This document shows positions 41,827 through 54,333 of a stretch of DNA of 64,000 nucleotides, one piece after another. Below the pieces are notes generated by a model, which saw only the letters and a list, made by a program, of their open reading frames with translations, searched no databases and was not told the DNA's origin. Positions within the stretch are counted from its first letter, which is position 1, and every line of letters starts with the position of its first letter. The position numbers were made by a program, and so were the translations under genes. The stretch is from Octopus vulgaris (taxonomy: Eukaryota), in NCBI GenBank assembly GCA_951406725.2, contig OX597820.1:113398001-113462000 (forward strand). The letters run 5' to 3'.

Positions 41827-43393
41827 ATAATGACAATGATAATGAAAATTGTTGTATACAATGCTATGGTGTACTACAACTCATCAGAAAAAAAGGAGCC
41901 AAAAATCGCGTAAATAGTACATAGAATATAATAGAATAAGTCCTTAAAAAAGGTGAGAACATCACTGAAAAAAAGCAACTCTTCAAATATGTCAAAAAGA
42001 GTATGGTCAATATATTAAGAATTGGCTTGGCATTTCAGTTCAGTACAATTGTCGTGTACTATTCCCTGTCGTTGATCAATTTTAAATCGGTCCTCATTAA
42101 GCACATTTGAGACAAAGTTATAACCATCCTGTCTATTCCCATATCTAAAACTACACAACGTATCTTACTATTTTTTAAACAGAATACTGTGCGATTTGAA
42201 GGAAATTTAACGGTTTTTCTATTAACTGAAGCTATTATGTACCTTATGGTTTGCGTTGTGTCACGGAGTGATGAAGAAGAAAACGTTTCGAACAGGGTTG
42301 GCATATTTCTCCAGACGAAAGTTTAACTTCCTATCGATAGCGATACAAGGGTATCAGTCATTTAGCACCCGTTTTTACGAGCGGATACATGATGGTCTTA
42401 TTGTATTATGTTTAATCCTCGTTGGCTCCCGATGTTTAATCCGAAAAGGATTAGATATATTTATATCTTTATCACCCAGTGGAGGATCACAACGAAAAAG
42501 TATACATTGCTTTCTTGCATGGCGCAGTGGAGCTTTGGCATGGCCTTTTGTGACGCTAGAGATAGTAGCCAGATTACCCAAAAATCATATGCTAAAATCA
42601 TAACAAGTAAGAGTGTATTGTATAAGATTGTCATAGATTCACTATTTAGGGGAAAAACAGATGATCGAATCTGGAACGTCCTTTGACACAGTCTGCTTTA
42701 TCAACATTATTACCACCACCGCTACAACCAATGCTACCACTATGGTCACCACCTTCACCCTTACTACCAACCCCCGCCACCACCACCACCATCACTGTCA
42801 TCATCATCATCATCATTACCACCGTCGTCATCTTTACAATCATTACCAACAACAGCAACGCTACAAATACAAATCAACGGATGGGAGCCGTTACATAGCC
42901 GATTGGCCTTGAGAAATAGTACCCATCTCTCCCTCAAACAAAACCATCACATTTAAAAGACATAGGAAGCATCAGACAATGTAGTTCTTGATATGCTATG
43001 CCTGATTTAAAAAAAAAAAACGGAATCATTTTGGAGGAAATGATTTTATGATAATTCTACTCAATCAAAGATGACACATGATTAAAGAACAACAAAACGC
43101 ACCATCAAGGAGCCAATACATCAACTTATAAAAAAGGACACTCTGGATAAATTTGACGTTGTTACACTATATCTGGAAACTAAAAGATCGAACGTCTTCG
43201 ACAATAAGGTTTTATATTTGGTTAAACAAGAACTAGACCTAAAGGGATACCTCTAAGAATCCACTAGACCTGCTAGAAATATGGATCACATTTATTCACT
43301 ACACAGCATTTCATCAGAAAAGGGAAGAGATATATCTCTACGATAGCACAGTGTTTCTCCCTATCACTCTCCCTTTCTCTCCTCCATTCTCTC

Positions 43394-43432
<39 letters not shown>

Positions 43433-43532
43433 ATGCATATTTATGTATATATATATAGTTAATCCAAACATGAAAACACAGAGAAAACACAACAACGTGA
43501 GGACGTGGAACAAGTATAGTGTTTTTGGACGC

Positions 43533-43574
<42 letters not shown>

Positions 43575-43622
43575 CATATATTGGACGCTACATATATATA
43601 CATATATATGTAGCTATTTATC

Positions 43623-43676
<54 letters not shown>

Positions 43677-44193
43677 AGATTTCTACTCAGAACGCTAATG
43701 GTGTTTCTGTCAATCATCAATGTACTTAATTTTCCTACCAGCAAATATGCTGCTAGGCGGAAGTCCTTGACTCCACTCAAACGAATAAATGCAGTTGTAA
43801 ACATGAAGACATAGCAAACAAGAACAACAACAACAACACAGGAATAGCTCGGCGTCAGCACAAGATATTATTGCAATTTATTATCTTCTGTTAGAAGCAG
43901 TATATTATGTATAAAGTCCATGTAGTATTAATATGTGTTACTAATATATAGATATCAATATATCTATAGCTCTCTCTCTCTCTCTCTCTTTCCTTCTCTC
44001 TATTAATGTAGATATATATACAGATATGTATGTATGTATGTATGTATTTATGTATGTATGTATGTATGTATATATGTATGTATGTATGTATATGAATGTA
44101 AGTATATCTTTACGTTGTGTATCTGTGAATATGTTTGTGCGTATGTATGCATGTGTGTATATAGATACACATATATATATGTGTGTATATGTA

Positions 44194-44258
<65 letters not shown>

Positions 44259-44268
44259 GTATTTTATA

Positions 44269-44305
<37 letters not shown>

Positions 44306-46747
44306 CATTCCCTATGATATCAAACGATTCTGAAACACCTCAGATGATTAATGCTGTTTTGTTGGAACAAAGCCACAATATCCATGGCTCTCTAAATCTT
44401 GCTAATTATTCTCGGAACTCTTCGGTTTCGATAATATTTCGAGAATATCTCATGTTCGGAAACAGAAGACTTAAAAGAAAGAATAACGGAGATGCAAAGT
44501 AGGGAAGATATAATGTAGGCCTATATGATGGGTCCTTCGTCGGTTTTGACGATGAGCAATCATTGTTACAATGAACTAACCTCTCGACTCGTGAAATAAA
44601 CATATGTTAACTAGCTGAGTAGTTCAAAGATACGGGCAGCGCCCTCAACGTTATTCCCAAACAGAATCTCCGCGACACAACACGTGAGAAGGATGGACCT
44701 TTTAATTACGGGTACAATCCAACCGAAGGTCTTTCACAGAGTTTCTGTCTACCAGGTTTCAGCCACAAGGCTTGGGTTGACTCACTTCAACAGTAAAATG
44801 CTACTCGGTTTAGTTGCCATGGGGTGGAATCGAAACCATGATCTCATGATTGAGTAGCAAACTTCTTAGCCACTCATCCATGCCTGCTTCTGTTATACCC
44901 TATACCTGAAAAAATTATGAGACGGTCACGGTTGGACTACCTTTGAATACAGGTTTGCTCGATAAGGGCTGATATAGGGTTAAGCAGCAAACAATGAACA
45001 AAAAATATGAAATAACAAAAATGCAAACAACGAGAAAACAAGCAGGTAATTATTAAAAGTTCTTTAAATATAGAGTTATTCTGAGTTCAAATGACGAAGA
45101 TAACCCGAAACAAAATAGTATCCAAATTATAAGTTAATTAAAATCTTGAATTCCTGCAGAATGAATACCGATTAAAAGCTGAACTGAACAACACAAAAGA
45201 ATATACTATGCTGTATTATAACGGCATAAATAACAAAATAAAACAAAAGGGGACTTGCGTGTGGTCATTGCTGGACCGGGTTACACTAATTACTAAAATA
45301 TGATTGGTTAAGTAAAACAATAAGTAACAAGTAATCGTAGAATTAAAGAGAAGTAACTCAATACATTACATATATGAAAACAACGGTGGATATGGTAAAA
45401 TAGTTAGGAATAAACCATCTAAGAATGGAAATTTTGAATATATTAGAAAAATTTAGAAATAATTGAAACTCCATGGGTGATCTTCCCATTGAGCACTGGC
45501 AGAATTCTTCAAGGATGAAAAAAAACATGGGACAATAGTAAGAATTTTTAAAAGACGCAAACCTGGCCTTGGCAGGGTTAAGGAAAACAGATGTAAACAT
45601 CAATAATAGTTTTTGAGGAATGTACTTGAAGCAGATTTTATGACAAAAAATATCTGCTTCAGATATTGTAATCACGAAGGAAAGTGAATACTCCCTCAGA
45701 CCTAGCTACTTGTCCGGACATAGATAATCCAAGACAAAGAAAAAATCTTGGGAAACAAACATACAGAAATAAAGATAGAATATGAAAGAAAATATCTTTC
45801 AATACTTGATGACACCAATAAGAGAAGTACATTTTTTATTAAAAAGAGGAAAGGAAACAAATATTAGAGAATACAACATAAGGAAAAGAAAGGAAGTAAG
45901 CAACATCAATAAATGCTTAAAATAATTGATTCTCGATAAATGGTAAATAATATGACGTTGTGACACTGATTCTTTGAATAGTCGAAACGGTTCGACTTAA
46001 AAGTTAAATATCTTTTAGAATGAAGTTGGTAAAAACTTCTTGATAGAATCAACAACAAAAGAAGTAAATGAATTTTAAGGTTTGTTGTGACTGAATTGAT
46101 TGTCCTGGGTTAGAACGTTGAAAATATCAAATGCAGGACTCGTGGAAGGTAGTAACGAACACAAGAGGAAGCAGACCTAAATAATACAGAGAAATAGAAA
46201 TAAGCAGGAATATTTCTAACTTTCACAAGGAAACTGCCGTACCATTATTCTCTGACAAATCGCAGTATGTTGACTCAGAGAATTGATATTTGAATTCCTT
46301 GGACTGTGTCTCATGCATAATAGAGATAAGATATTGAAAATTTTTCAGCTTTTCATTATACAACAACTTATGACACACGGCAAGTTGAAAGAATTAAGAT
46401 AATCTTTTCAGTCTTCTGCATCTATCACAGTTTCTTGTTTTTTGACTTACTGTATTTTGTCAAAGAAGGGCAGTACGGAAAGTTAACAAAGATGTTTACT
46501 CTTTCACTGAAAGAGTTAGAAACACCACTGCATAGCTGAAATCAAAAGAAACAGAAATTACAACAATTAAACGCAGCATACAAAACCTCAACTTCAATAA
46601 TATCGCTGATGATAGATTGTTACTATACATATATAGTGAAAAGGTTAGAGGAAAAATTTCCATGCAATGAATTGTAGCAAACAATATCAAAAGAAGGAAA
46701 ATACACAGAAATTTAACGTTGGAATGTGTGTGTGTGTGTGTGTGTGC

Positions 46748-46786
<39 letters not shown>

Positions 46787-47155
46787 TGTGTGTTTATTTG
46801 TAAAATCAAATATTTACATAGTCAACCGGTTTTGTTTATGCTACCCATGACTAAATAGATAGTAATAATGCTATAATGCCATGCAGTCATAATGCTATAT
46901 TCCATGATAGTAGGAGAGCAGTTATATTGTGAACAAAGAAAAAATTAATAATAAATCTCTGAGCGAGATGTAAACAGTAAGCGCTCGACAACGTAAAGTA
47001 TACTAGCCATCTCAATATGGCTAACCACTAGGGGTGGGGAGTGTTACTGTAGCTTTTTAGCCCCAGGAGATCATCGTCTCCAGCTGGCTTTAGACACAAT
47101 CTTGTGCCCTTTAATGATATTCGCAAAGGGAGGTCATCCCCCCTCGAAAATCTAA

Positions 47156-47210
47156 GTGATACGCATGGACTGCAGTTTCGAGATTATTGTCTCTTGTCAA
47201 CGCTAATCAC
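47156..47210 (-). ncRNA. Decayed HHR in a PLE 3' repeat
   Basis: Minus strand reads gtgattagcg TTGACAA gaga caataa tctc GAAA ctgca GTC catgcgtatcac. Confidence 0.65.
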
Positions 47211-47229
47211 GGGTTTTCGATAAGAGTGA

Positions 47230-47485
47230 CCTGTTTGCGAATATCTATTTAATGTTTTTCCAGTAACCACTGGAAGAGAGTTGAGCCCATGTGGCGCAAA
47301 GTAGCGAAGAGAGATTAATCCCTGTTGACCCCTGTGCAAGGACAATCCGAACACAGACAGGTGTTGTAAAGAATCAACAGTAGAGCGGAAATGGCGCGAA
47401 ACCGGAGTGTCGTTGCCGAGTCTGATGTCTCGGAGGTGTTCTGCGAACCGGTCAGCCAAGCGGCGTCACGTTTGACCGTAAGGAC
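47230..47485 (-). mobile_element. Penelope-like GIY-YIG endonuclease remnant
   Basis: YGQT*RRLADRFAEHLRDIRLGNDTPVSRHF. Confidence 0.75.
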
Positions 47486-47587
47486 AGAGAGAGCTTAGAA
47501 TAAAACCTTTTCTGAGTTTATTTTTTAGATGGAATATTTTCGATGGCTATTTTTTCTTGACGATCTGAATGATGAAATAAAGAAATA

Positions 47588-48040
47588 ATGCGTGGCAACT
47601 TGAGCAAGTGTTTCTTACTATAGCCTCGAGTCAACCAAAGCCTTATGAGGGAATTTGGTTGACGGAAACTGAAAGAAGCCCATCGTATGTATTTCCTTTC
47701 CTGAGCGTCCAATAACACTATACTTGTTCCATGTCCTCGCGTTGTTGTGTTTTCTCTTTGTGTTTTCATGTTTGGATTAACTATATATATATATGTATGT
47801 GTGTGTGTGTGTGTGTGTGTGTACGTGTGTATGTGTGTGTGAGTGTATATATGAGTGTGTGTATGTGTCATTGTGACGCTGTTTGTCCTCCACCACTGCT
47901 TGACAACCGGTGGTGATGTGTATACGTCCCTATAATTTATCGGTTCGGCAAAATAGACCGATAGAATAAGTACCAAAAGGTAAGTACTTCAACGCGGTGC
48001 CCCAGTATAGCCGCAGCCTACTGACTGGACAAGTAAAAAT
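47588..48040 (+). mobile_element. SINE family A with a foreign insert of about 100 bp (insert also present inverted at about 43455-43533)
   Basis: Family A body interrupted at about 47688-47785. Confidence 0.75.
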
Positions 48041-48431
48041 TAAAATGTATTTATTTTCGGAACATTCGGAGATAAATTCTAGATTTATTTTGTAGTACTT
48101 CATAGAATACAAACAACAATGTCTGTATTTGTAATAAATGCTCTTGGAATAACAGCATCACATGTAATGCGTAGCTTTCAGCTATTTTGTGTCTCAATAA
48201 TGAACAGAAATTTGAAGTTGGTGTAAAGTATTATTTGTCCAGACAATATGTCCTGAAGTTTCTTTTAAAATGATATATGATTGTAGTTGTTATGATATTT
48301 ACATCACATACTTCAGTTATGTGAGACTTGTTCAGAAATACGTTGTTTTACAGAAAAGTTGTAAAATATGAGTGTAAGGTACGAATCGTAGTCTTTCATG
48401 CGATTAGCAATTCAAGAAATTAACTGCATCT

Positions 48432-48745
48432 AGCTGTGTGGTTAAGAAGATAGCTTTGCTGTTACATGCTTTTGGGTTCAATCCCAATGTGCAGCAACTT
48501 AGGAGTCTTTCTAAGCAATGGTTTGTGAGTGAATTCTGTTGGCGAAAACTATGTGAAAGCCCGTCATGTGTGTGTGTGTTTTTCTGACCGACTGACAACT
48601 AATGCTGGTTTGTTTTCATCTCCGTTCACCAAAAGCGATCAGTAGAACAAGTACCAAGCTCAAAAAATAAGTACTGGGCATCGATTTGATCGACTAAAAC
48701 TTTTGTAGGCGGAGCCCTAACAAGCAACAGATAAAAGATAAAAAT
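48432..48745 (+). mobile_element. Degenerate SINE family A
   Basis: gctgtgtggttaag...ggttcaatccca...aagtactggg. Confidence 0.7.
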
Positions 48746-49271
48746 ATAAGGTGTAGAAATATGACTATGAAATTCTCCCGAATTCCAAGAATTGAGTTTT
48801 ATTAAAATAAAATGGCGGTTTCACACTATGTGTTTTTGAACTTGGAAATTTTATTTTAACATTTCTCACTTAGTATGAATAATTAAATGTCTAACGCTGT
48901 GTTAAAACCCATCTATCGAGTGTGAAGGTTTCATTGTTAACATCAACGTCATCATCATCATCAACTGGTTGCATTCGTCGCTTCGTGTTTTCAGTTTGAG
49001 CTAACTATTGTTTTCACCACTTAATGACTTAAGGTTTTGTATCATCACGAGTCTGTTGAGTAATGATATAACAAATCTTTTGCAGGACCAGTGTCCGTGC
49101 TAATTTTTATCTGTTCTGTTGGGTGTATAGTTTAAGCACCGAGTTTATATTTTATATTATTTGTCTGAAATTTTGTTAAGATATTTTAATATTGGTCTTC
49201 CAAAGATTTCCTGCTTAAGTTTCCTATCTATCTGTTTGACAAGTGAGTGTGTGTGATAGAGACACACATAC

Positions 49272-49357
<86 letters not shown>

Positions 49358-50439
49358 TGTGCGATGCACAGAAATGATGGCATGATAAACAATGTCATTA
49401 TGCTGTAACTAGCAGAAGTTTTTTTCTGCTGCAACATCGAGATGATCCAAACATTTCGAAGAAAATTAGAGAAACTGAAAATTTCTTGAAGCACGTATTT
49501 CGCCTACTCCTGTAATTCAAAGGGCGTCCATTATCATACACAGTTTTATGCTAAAGTTGTCTTAAGATTACATCGAGGCAACAACAGCGGTGGAATAATC
49601 AGTCCTAAGCACTATTATCCCTTCTACTCTGGGTATAAGGCTTGAGATTTTAGGGGAGAAAGTAAGTTGATTTCATCGACCCCAGTGCTGAACAAGAACT
49701 TATTTCATCGAACCCGAAAGGATGAATGGCAAAGTCGACTTCGGCGGAATTTCAACTCAAAAGTCACACCATATAATACAACGAGTATTTTCTTTGTTCA
49801 AACAACTGGATTTTTCATTCGTCAAAAGTAATACTCTATGTTCAGCATAGGGATAAAATTATGGTTAGGGGATAGGGTGCAATTAGTAATATTTACTGAA
49901 TTTTTTACTTCGAAAAAAAAAAAATTTTTTACAAATGTTCACTGCCTTATATGATCTATATCAGCTAAGAAAATGGCTTCTAAATGCATTAAAACCGCTA
50001 TAACATTCAAAGCTCTATTTCAGAAAATTATCTTCGCTTTCTTTGGGTATATAAAGACAAATTTGGCCGGAGGAAATTGAGTAAGACAAATAAGTTAAAT
50101 TTGCCCCTTCAGTACTCCCGAATTACATTTGAGGAAAGGCTCTTACACATCAATACCCATCTTTAGACATTAGAAAGACAGAAATGCAACAAAAATTTAA
50201 AATATCTAGGTCAACGGAAAGATGAAAATGGTACATGATATAAAATGAACGAAACTTGGCTAAATCGAAAAACACAACAAAATATTCTCTGTAGTTTCTT
50301 GACGATCTGCTGGAGTGGTTTTCTTCATGAGATATTTACATTTTTTTTTACCAACGGCTATAATAGATCCTCTCGCGGACGAGGGCATGTCCTGACCTTT
50401 CCGCTATTCTTTGGGCTTCATATGAATCCACTGGTGTGA

Positions 50440-51320
50440 ACAGGAAGATGTCCAAGTACTGTTAGATCATGTGAACTCAAGAAAGCCATCCATACAGTTC
50501 ACAAAGGAAAAAGGAAAAAACAATCAACTAGCACTCCTGGATGTATTGATAACACGCACCAAGTATGGATTCAGGACATCTGTATACTGCAAGCCAACCT
50601 TCACTGGACGATACCTCAACTTCAACTCCCACCATCCATACAGTGTAAAGAGAGGGATTACTCAGTGCCTAAAACATCGAGCAAAGTAACGATCCTGATA
50701 CACAACACGAAGAAATGATCAAGCTAAGTAACAATCTATTAAGCAACACTTACCCCCAAAACATACTATCCACTCCAATTTATAAAGAGAAGGGAGGATG
50801 AAACCCATAAACTGACCACAGTCTGTCTACTCTATGTGAAAGGCCTCTCCGAAAAGATACGAAAGATATACGGCTCATATGACATCAGGACAGAATTCAA
50901 GAGTAATACAACTCTTCTCAAATATCTCCTTCGAGTAAAACCACCACTAGAAGAGAATCTGACCCAAAACTGCATGTACTCAATCCCATGCAGCTGTGGT
51001 GGGTTATACAAAGGCGAAACATGCCGCCCCCTCAAAATAAGGGTAGAGGAACATCGCAAAGTTGTGACACAGGGAGATATTGAAAAATCGGGTATAGCTG
51101 ATCATGTATGGAAAAATGGAGACCACCCCCTGTGGGATGAAGTTAAAATAACAGAGAATACCACTGGAAAATACGAAAACTAAGAGAGGCAGTACATATG
51201 CTAGGACATAATAACCTCCTAAGCTGACCGAGTGCAGATATGAGTAGAATACGGGAACCGGCATTAAGGAAGGATAGGAAAATATTAGATTAAGAAGGCC
51301 TGAAATTCACTCCATAATAG
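50440..51320 (+). mobile_element. Penelope-like element remnant (RT thumb and GIY-YIG)
   Basis: IQFTKE..LALLDVLITR..VYCKPT..YLNFNSHHP and MYSIPCSCGGLYKGETCRPLKIRVEEH. Confidence 0.9.
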
Positions 51321-51325
51321 CCTAC

Positions 51326-51400
51326 GAGCTTATGGCGTAGTGATTAAGAGCGCGGGCTACTAACCCCAAGATTCTGAGTTCGATTCCAGGCAGTAACCTG
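51326..51400 (+). promoter_or_regulatory. tRNA-like module with Pol III A and B boxes directly after the PLE ORF
   Basis: A box tggcgtagtga; anticodon-like arm gggctactaaccc; B box gagttcgattcc. Confidence 0.75.
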
Positions 51401-51676
51401 AATAATAATAATTTAAGACAAACATAACTTTCGTTTTTTTTTTAGACATTCACTAGTACAACACTAAATACAAAACCAAATATATGGCACACTAGGAATA
51501 ACAACAATACGAACTTCCAACCTGTTGCCTCTTGACGTCTCTGGGCGAGACTCTGGAGCCAACTTGTACAAATATAAAGCAAAAGTCAAACATAGAATAA
51601 TAATAATAATAATAACAACAACAACAACATCGGAAAAATACCTTAGGAATGAGAACCCGGGTTCGAAATTCCCCCA

Positions 51677-51722
51677 GGATACCCGATGAAGGCTGGAGAG
51701 TACATCAGTCGAAATGTGTGCT
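51677..51722 (+). ncRNA. Decayed minimal HHR
   Basis: ggatac CCGATGA a ggctg gagagtacat cagtc GAAA tgtgtgct. Confidence 0.55.
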
Positions 51723-52797
51723 AACAACAAGCAAGATGAGGACAAATATCCGTCAAATGTAAATAATGTACATAATTCCTCATCTCTCAAATATAGAAAT
51801 GGTATTGTCAGTAGCTTTATTTTGGGGTGTTTGATACATTAATATAATTTCTACTGTTTCTGCTACTGGAACATCAATGAAAAGACTTTCTACATCTAGG
51901 TTGGAGATGGTATCTATTTCATTTCTTTCTTCTGAAATGTTTGGACATTTTTCTGATAACCTTATACTGTATTCATCTGGTATGTATTTTTGATAATCTT
52001 ATCATTATAACGGTTTTATGCGTTGGTGTATTTATTTGGGATGTTGTAAGTTGGGCTGTGAAATGAAAGTGATCCCACTGAGCACGAGTTTGTCTCCTGA
52101 AGATTGAGCCCAAAGAACTTCTGACAAAACTAAATTCCTTATCTTTAATTCGGTTTCAATGCCAACTCTTACTTAGGATCAGGCATTTTGAGTTTTGACC
52201 AAGAGAGTACCAAAATGAATACAACAGCTGAAATGGACTTTCTCCGAAAGTCGCTGTCGTACAGTTACTTGATAGTGTGTTTAGTTTGGAGATCAGGGAG
52301 CTATGGATGTGATAGCTATCAGCGAGACAAGGATTTCCAGAATGTGCCTTGGTGCGCATTTTTGATGACCTTGAGAACTACGTATCTCTTAACCGACCTC
52401 GAGCCAAAGTACTGAATAACTATAAATTTCCAGTACTGTACCAATTTTAAAATTGTGATGGGTTGGCAAAATTCCTTATAGCATAAGGCAGAATAGATTC
52501 TATTAGTTTAACGTTCTAAGTTCAAATCGGCCGAGCTTGCTTTTCACCCTTCTACGGTCGCTGAAATAAGGTACCATTATCTGACAAGATATACTTTATT
52601 TGGCAGTTTATTCTCGTTTGATCCCTTACCTATTCACCACTTTCTGACTTTGTTGAAAAGGATTATTTAGAATATTGTCGTTAAACATCTGCGAAACGTT
52701 GTTTTTCATTGTAGAATTAACGTTAATACGAATTGTTTTATGATGTCTGCTGCAAGAATGAAATCATCCTCTCCATTCCTCCTTTCTTTCTATATGC

Positions 52798-52838
<41 letters not shown>

Positions 52839-52931
52839 CATGCGTAGAAACACATTTATAATGTATGTATGTATATATATATATTTATATGTATATGAGG
52901 TGTAAGCGTGAGAATGTATATGTATATGTTC

Positions 52932-52966
<35 letters not shown>

Positions 52967-53524
52967 GCTATGTGCGTGTAACCACTCATTTAGATTCCCT
53001 ATTTCAATTACAGAGACTTATCCGTGTTTTTCTCAAAGTCTGTGTTTAGGTGTAGGTGTGGGTGTCAGTCGCAGGAGGCGAGTGAATGTTTGTGCGAACA
53101 TTTTTTTTGCTTTTCTTTTTGTTATTTTCATGAAAGACAAAATGGCGCAGAGATATTGCAAGAGGTTCCCAGACATTTCTAGTTATCAATCGAAATAAAT
53201 TATGTATTTATACTGAATATTTTAGGATGCGTGTTTCTGACTAGACTAATTCCATTTATTAATTACATTGCTGTCGTTAACAACAACAACAACAACAGCA
53301 GCAGCAGCCACAATAACCGCAATAACAACGGCGCTGTAGACAAGGATCATAGAGATTCCAATACCAGCTTCGAAATCTGCCTTTTCTCGTATCATTGCCA
53401 TCATAATTACCAAACACCTCTGCCACTACCACTACCATCACCACATCTTCATCATCATCATCTTTATCTTCATCACCACTAACTCCACCATCACTATCAC
53501 CACCACCGTTACTACGGCAATATC

Positions 53525-53756
53525 TATTTCTTTACTGCACACAAGGGGCTAAACACAGCGGGGACAAACAAGGACAGACAAGCGGATTAAGTCGATTACA
53601 TCGACCCTAGTGCGTAACTGGTACTTAATTTATCGACCCCGAAAGGATGAAAGGCAATGTCGACCTCGGCGGAATTTAAACTCAGAACGTAGCGACAGAC
53701 GAAATACTGCTGAGCATTTCGCCCGGGGTGCTAACGTTTCTGCCAACTCGCCGCCT
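53525..53756 (-). mobile_element. SINE family B (B1 tail)
   Basis: Imperfect TSD ctacggcaatatc / ctacggcgaatatc at 53512-53524 and 53769-53782. Confidence 0.9.
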
Positions 53757-54282
53757 ATATCACAACCTCTACGGCGAATATCACAACCTCCCTTACCATC
53801 CCTGTAACCTAGCTACCACCAGCATCCACTTTCACCAATACTGCCACTATCACTACCAGCATAACACTCACAACCGCCATGGTTACGCACATCATCCCTC
53901 TTTCCACCTAAACAGCCTCTTTAGACATATCACGCAATAAATGGCGTGTATAGCTTCAAGATATCAGGTCACTGTTCACAAGTTTTATCTATGATATCAA
54001 TAGTGCGTTCTGTGAAGCTAACTCATTTGCTCTTTTACTAGTCGCAGTCATGTGGTAGAACTATATTGGCTTACTCCTTCAAAGCTTTTCGAATGGCCTA
54101 AATTGGTCAGTACCTTATAAACTACAGTACTTCAACTAATTTTCTCTCTGCGATATATTGCACATTGTGAACTGTAGGGAGACCGTATTTCGTTATGAAA
54201 CAATAATATGATACAAAGTATATAATGTTACATCGCTATATTTAGGGTCTGTTTAAGTAATGAGTTAGTAGATGGTTGAGTT

Positions 54283-54333
54283 GGATGAGTGCTGATGAGG
54301 GAGAAAAACTCCTGAAATATGGCATAGACATCC
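54283..54333 (+). ncRNA. Solo type I HHR with imperfect stem I
   Basis: ggatgagtg CTGATGA gggag aaaaa ctcct GAAA t atggc ATA gacatcc. Confidence 0.6.

Noticed and set aside
42256-42686. Possible host exon in complex sequence
   Set aside because: Overlapping short ORFs with no recognisable motif or clear splice sites.
51326-51400. Functional tRNA gene
   Set aside because: The acceptor stem does not pair; treated as a tRNA-derived module.
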